Shown in pieces: positions 61,596-64,000 of a DNA stretch of 64,000 bases. The notes below the pieces were generated by a model, which did no database searches, was not told where the DNA came from, and was given only the letters and a program-made list of their open reading frames with translations. Source of the stretch: Vicugna vicugna (taxonomy: Eukaryota); contig MU058423.1 in the NCBI GenBank assembly GCA_013265495.1, forward strand, positions 2,123,061 to 2,187,060, read 5' to 3'. The position numbers and the translations under genes are program-made. How positions within the stretch are numbered: the first letter of the stretch is position 1; each line of letters begins with the position of its first letter.

Positions 61596-62129
61596 TTACT
61601 GATCAGCCTTCTCCTCCTCCTCCTCCTTCTCCTCCTCCTCCTCCTCCTCCTGTCTCGGGGGCTCTGAGGCCTCAGCCTCAGGCTCCCTCTCCCCAGTGGG
61701 CTCTGCTGGCAGCTCCCTGGTCAGGAGATACTGTGCCAGCTGCTCCAGGGCCTCCAGGCTTATCTTCTGCAGGTGCTCCTCGTGCTCCTGCCTCAGCAGT
61801 TGCAGCACTGCCTTGGCGTCCTGGGACCCAAAGTGTCTGGCGAGGACCTGGCCCAGATGTTGCCACAGGGGCTGGAACTGGAGGGCCTCCTCGGGTGCCG
61901 TCTTCTCCAGGGGCCGCATGATGACGTTGATGGAAGCATTGGGCCCGATGCAGTAGTCGGAGAGACGCTTGTCATCCGCCAGGAGCTGGCCGCGGAAGAG
62001 CAGGTGCTGCTGCTCCTCAGGCACCTGCAGCCGCTCTGACACCAGCTTCTTCAGCATGGCCACGCTCTCTTGCCCTGACACCTTCAGGCTGCATCTCCGC
62101 CCAAGGAGCAGCTTGACTGTGAGGAACAT
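61596..62129 (-). CDS. UBL4B: Ubiquitin-like protein 4B, 177 aa, intronless: N-terminal ubiquitin-like domain, UBL4-type C-terminal region, acidic tail
   Basis: MFLTVKLLLGRRCSLKVSGQESVAMLKKLVSERLQVPEEQQHLLFRGQLLADDKRLSDYCIGPNASINVIMRP is a ubiquitin fold. Single exon, ATG 62129-62127, TAA 61598-61596. Position upstream of SLC6A17 on the same strand matches recalled mammalian synteny. Confidence 0.96.
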   Translation of the reverse strand: MFLTVKLLLGRRCSLKVSGQESVAMLKKLVSERLQVPEEQQHLLFRGQLLADDKRLSDYCIGPNASINVIMRPLEKTAPEEALQFQPLWQHLGQVLARHFGSQDAKAVLQLLRQEHEEHLQKISLEALEQLAQYLLTRELPAEPTGEREPEAEASEPPRQEEEEEEEKEEEEEKADQ

Positions 62130-62219
62130 CAGGCCGAGAGCAGAATCAGGAGGGATCCATGCTCCGGCGGCTGCCCTCAGGGTTAAGGGCTCTGCAGGAG
62201 GAAGTGGCTTCTCCCTATC

Positions 62220-62280
62220 AATGGAGGGCGGTGGCCCAGGAGGCCAAGCGCTGGCCCAGGAGGGCAGCCATTGGCTAATG
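62220..62280 (-). promoter_or_regulatory. UBL4B: Putative proximal UBL4B promoter (CCAAT box plus GC box)
   Basis: AGCCAAT on the minus strand at 62276-62270 and GGGCGG near 62226-62231, about 100-145 bp upstream of the ATG. Confidence 0.5.
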
Positions 62281-62765
62281 TGTGGTGATGTAACAATGCT
62301 GCCTGCCCCAGGCCCGTTCCCAGAGCAGAACTTCAGGGAACCTAGAGGGGCATTGTGAACACAGACCGTCCTTCCTCTGTGAGAGGAGAAAGGAGGGATG
62401 AAGAGGAGAAAGGGAGGGCCAGGAAAGAAAACATAGGACTGGGAGAAAGGAGAGCAGGAGACAGAACAGGAGGGCCCAAAGGACAGGGTGGCAGAAGGAA
62501 ACATGTCCACATTGTCTCATTCAGCACTGCGTACTGGGTGTCCTCTGCTAGGATCCAGCCCCAGGGAGAAATCGTGTCACAGTTGATACTTTAGATAGCT
62601 GATAGATGGAGCTTCCAGTCTAGAGAGCCGGCTAACATTTATCTCTTGGCTGTTTTCTCACGGACTGATGCGCTGCCAGCCAATCAGCTGCGCCTTCCCC
62701 GCCTCCCTCCTCCTTTTCCCTCCCCCTCTTCCCTCCCCAACCAAAGGAGCCTTATTATTATTTCT

Positions 62766-62945
62766 TTCTTTTTTAAATATATATATTTTTCATCTCTTTT
62801 ATTTTTATTATTGGCTCTTTTGGGGGGAGGATTGAGGGAGGTAATTAGGTTTATTTATTTATTTACTAATGGAGGTACAGGGGATTGAACCCAGGGCTTC
62901 AAGCATGCTAAGCACTCACTCTACCACTGAGCTATACCCCCCCAC
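62766..62945 (-). mobile_element. Vic-1-like SINE upstream of UBL4B
   Basis: gaggtaattagg...ggggattgaacccaggg...ctctaccactgagctatacccc. Degenerate TSD gccttat(t/c)at...ttct. Confidence 0.85.
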
Positions 62946-63392
62946 CCCGCCCTTATCATTTCTGTTCTTCCTCAGAAACGGCTCCAAAATCTGCCCCTCC
63001 TCTGCACCTCCACTGATCCCCCACCCAGTTCAGACACTCACCTTCCTCCAGCCTCGGGCTTGTGGCTCAGAACTCACAGCTCATCTGCTCCTCCCAGTCC
63101 TGCCCCCTTGGGGCCATTCATGCTGCAGCCAAAGGGGTCTTCCTAAACCAAAATGATGTCAAGTCACTCCTCTGAGTGACATCATCCAGTTTCATCCTTT
63201 TGCATTTGGAATCAAAACCAGCTGCTCAGCATGGCATCCAAGGGCATTACGACCTGGCCCTGCTTCCACCCAGCTTTCCCCACTTCACCATCCTCCACTC
63301 CAGCCACACCTACCCGCCTTTTTCTTTACTTGCTTGTTTCATTTGAACTCTTCGAATCATCCTTTAAAATGTAGGGCAAAAACCACCTCTTC

Positions 63393-64000
63393 TGGTGCAG
63401 CCATTATGGAAAACAGTCTGGAGGTTCCTTAAAAGACAAAATAGAGTTACCACATGATCCAGCAAATCCCACTCCTGGGTATATATCCAGAGAAAACTCT
63501 TAACTCAAAAAGGTACGTGCACCCCAATGTTCATAGCAGCACTATTTATAATAGGCAAGGCATGGAAGCAACCTAAATGTCCATCAAGAGATGGCTGCAT
63601 AAAGAATATGGGGTGTGTACACCATAAAATATTACTCAGCCATAAAAAAAGAATGAACTAATGCCATTTGCAGCAATATGGATGGACCTAGAGATTATCA
63701 TGTAAAATGAAGTAAGTCAGACAAAGACAAATATCACATGATATCATTTATATGTGGAATCTAAAAAAAATGATACAAATGAACTTACAAAGAAGTTCAA
63801 CTACAAAGAAGTAACAAATAAGAAATAGACTCACGGACACAGAAAACAAACTTATGGTTACCAACGAGGAAAGAGGGGGAGGGATAAATTAGGAGTTTGG
63901 CATTAACATATACACACTACTATATATAAAATAGATAAACAACAAGGACCTACTGTATAACACAGGGAACTATATTCAATATCTTATAATAGCCTACAAT
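63393..64000 (+). mobile_element. L1 3' region, running off the window
   Basis: ggtgcagccattatggaaaacag...gatccagcaaatcccactcctggg...atggatggacctagagattatc. Homologous to the copies at 7981 and 22470. Confidence 0.9.

Overview
Mammalian genomic DNA, almost certainly camelid (camel/alpaca/vicuna): it holds four copies of a tRNA-derived SINE matching Vic-1 plus young L1 3' ends. Two genes lie on the minus strand. (1) The 5' half of SLC6A17 (NTT4, neuronal vesicular neutral amino acid transporter): a CpG-island promoter and non-coding exon 1 (~35427-35830) and coding exons 2-6 (19524-19242, 14702-14545, 12993-12867, 12128-11947, 10278-10168). These splice into 287 uninterrupted codons; the remaining exons lie left of position 1. 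(2) The intronless retrogene UBL4B (62129-61596, 177 aa). The rest is intron or intergenic DNA with L1, L2, MIR, ERVL LTRs, DNA-transposon MITEs and microsatellites. I see no new multi-gene system. The most interesting signals are small: a GC-AG intron in SLC6A17, a candidate 24-nt neural-type microexon feeding a uORF, a strong-Kozak mini-uORF before a weak UBL4B start codon, a 125-codon open in-frame extension upstream of UBL4B, motif clusters that may be enhancers, and a triplicated fold-back repair scar. Repeat subfamily names come from recalled consensus sequences, and their boundaries are approximate.
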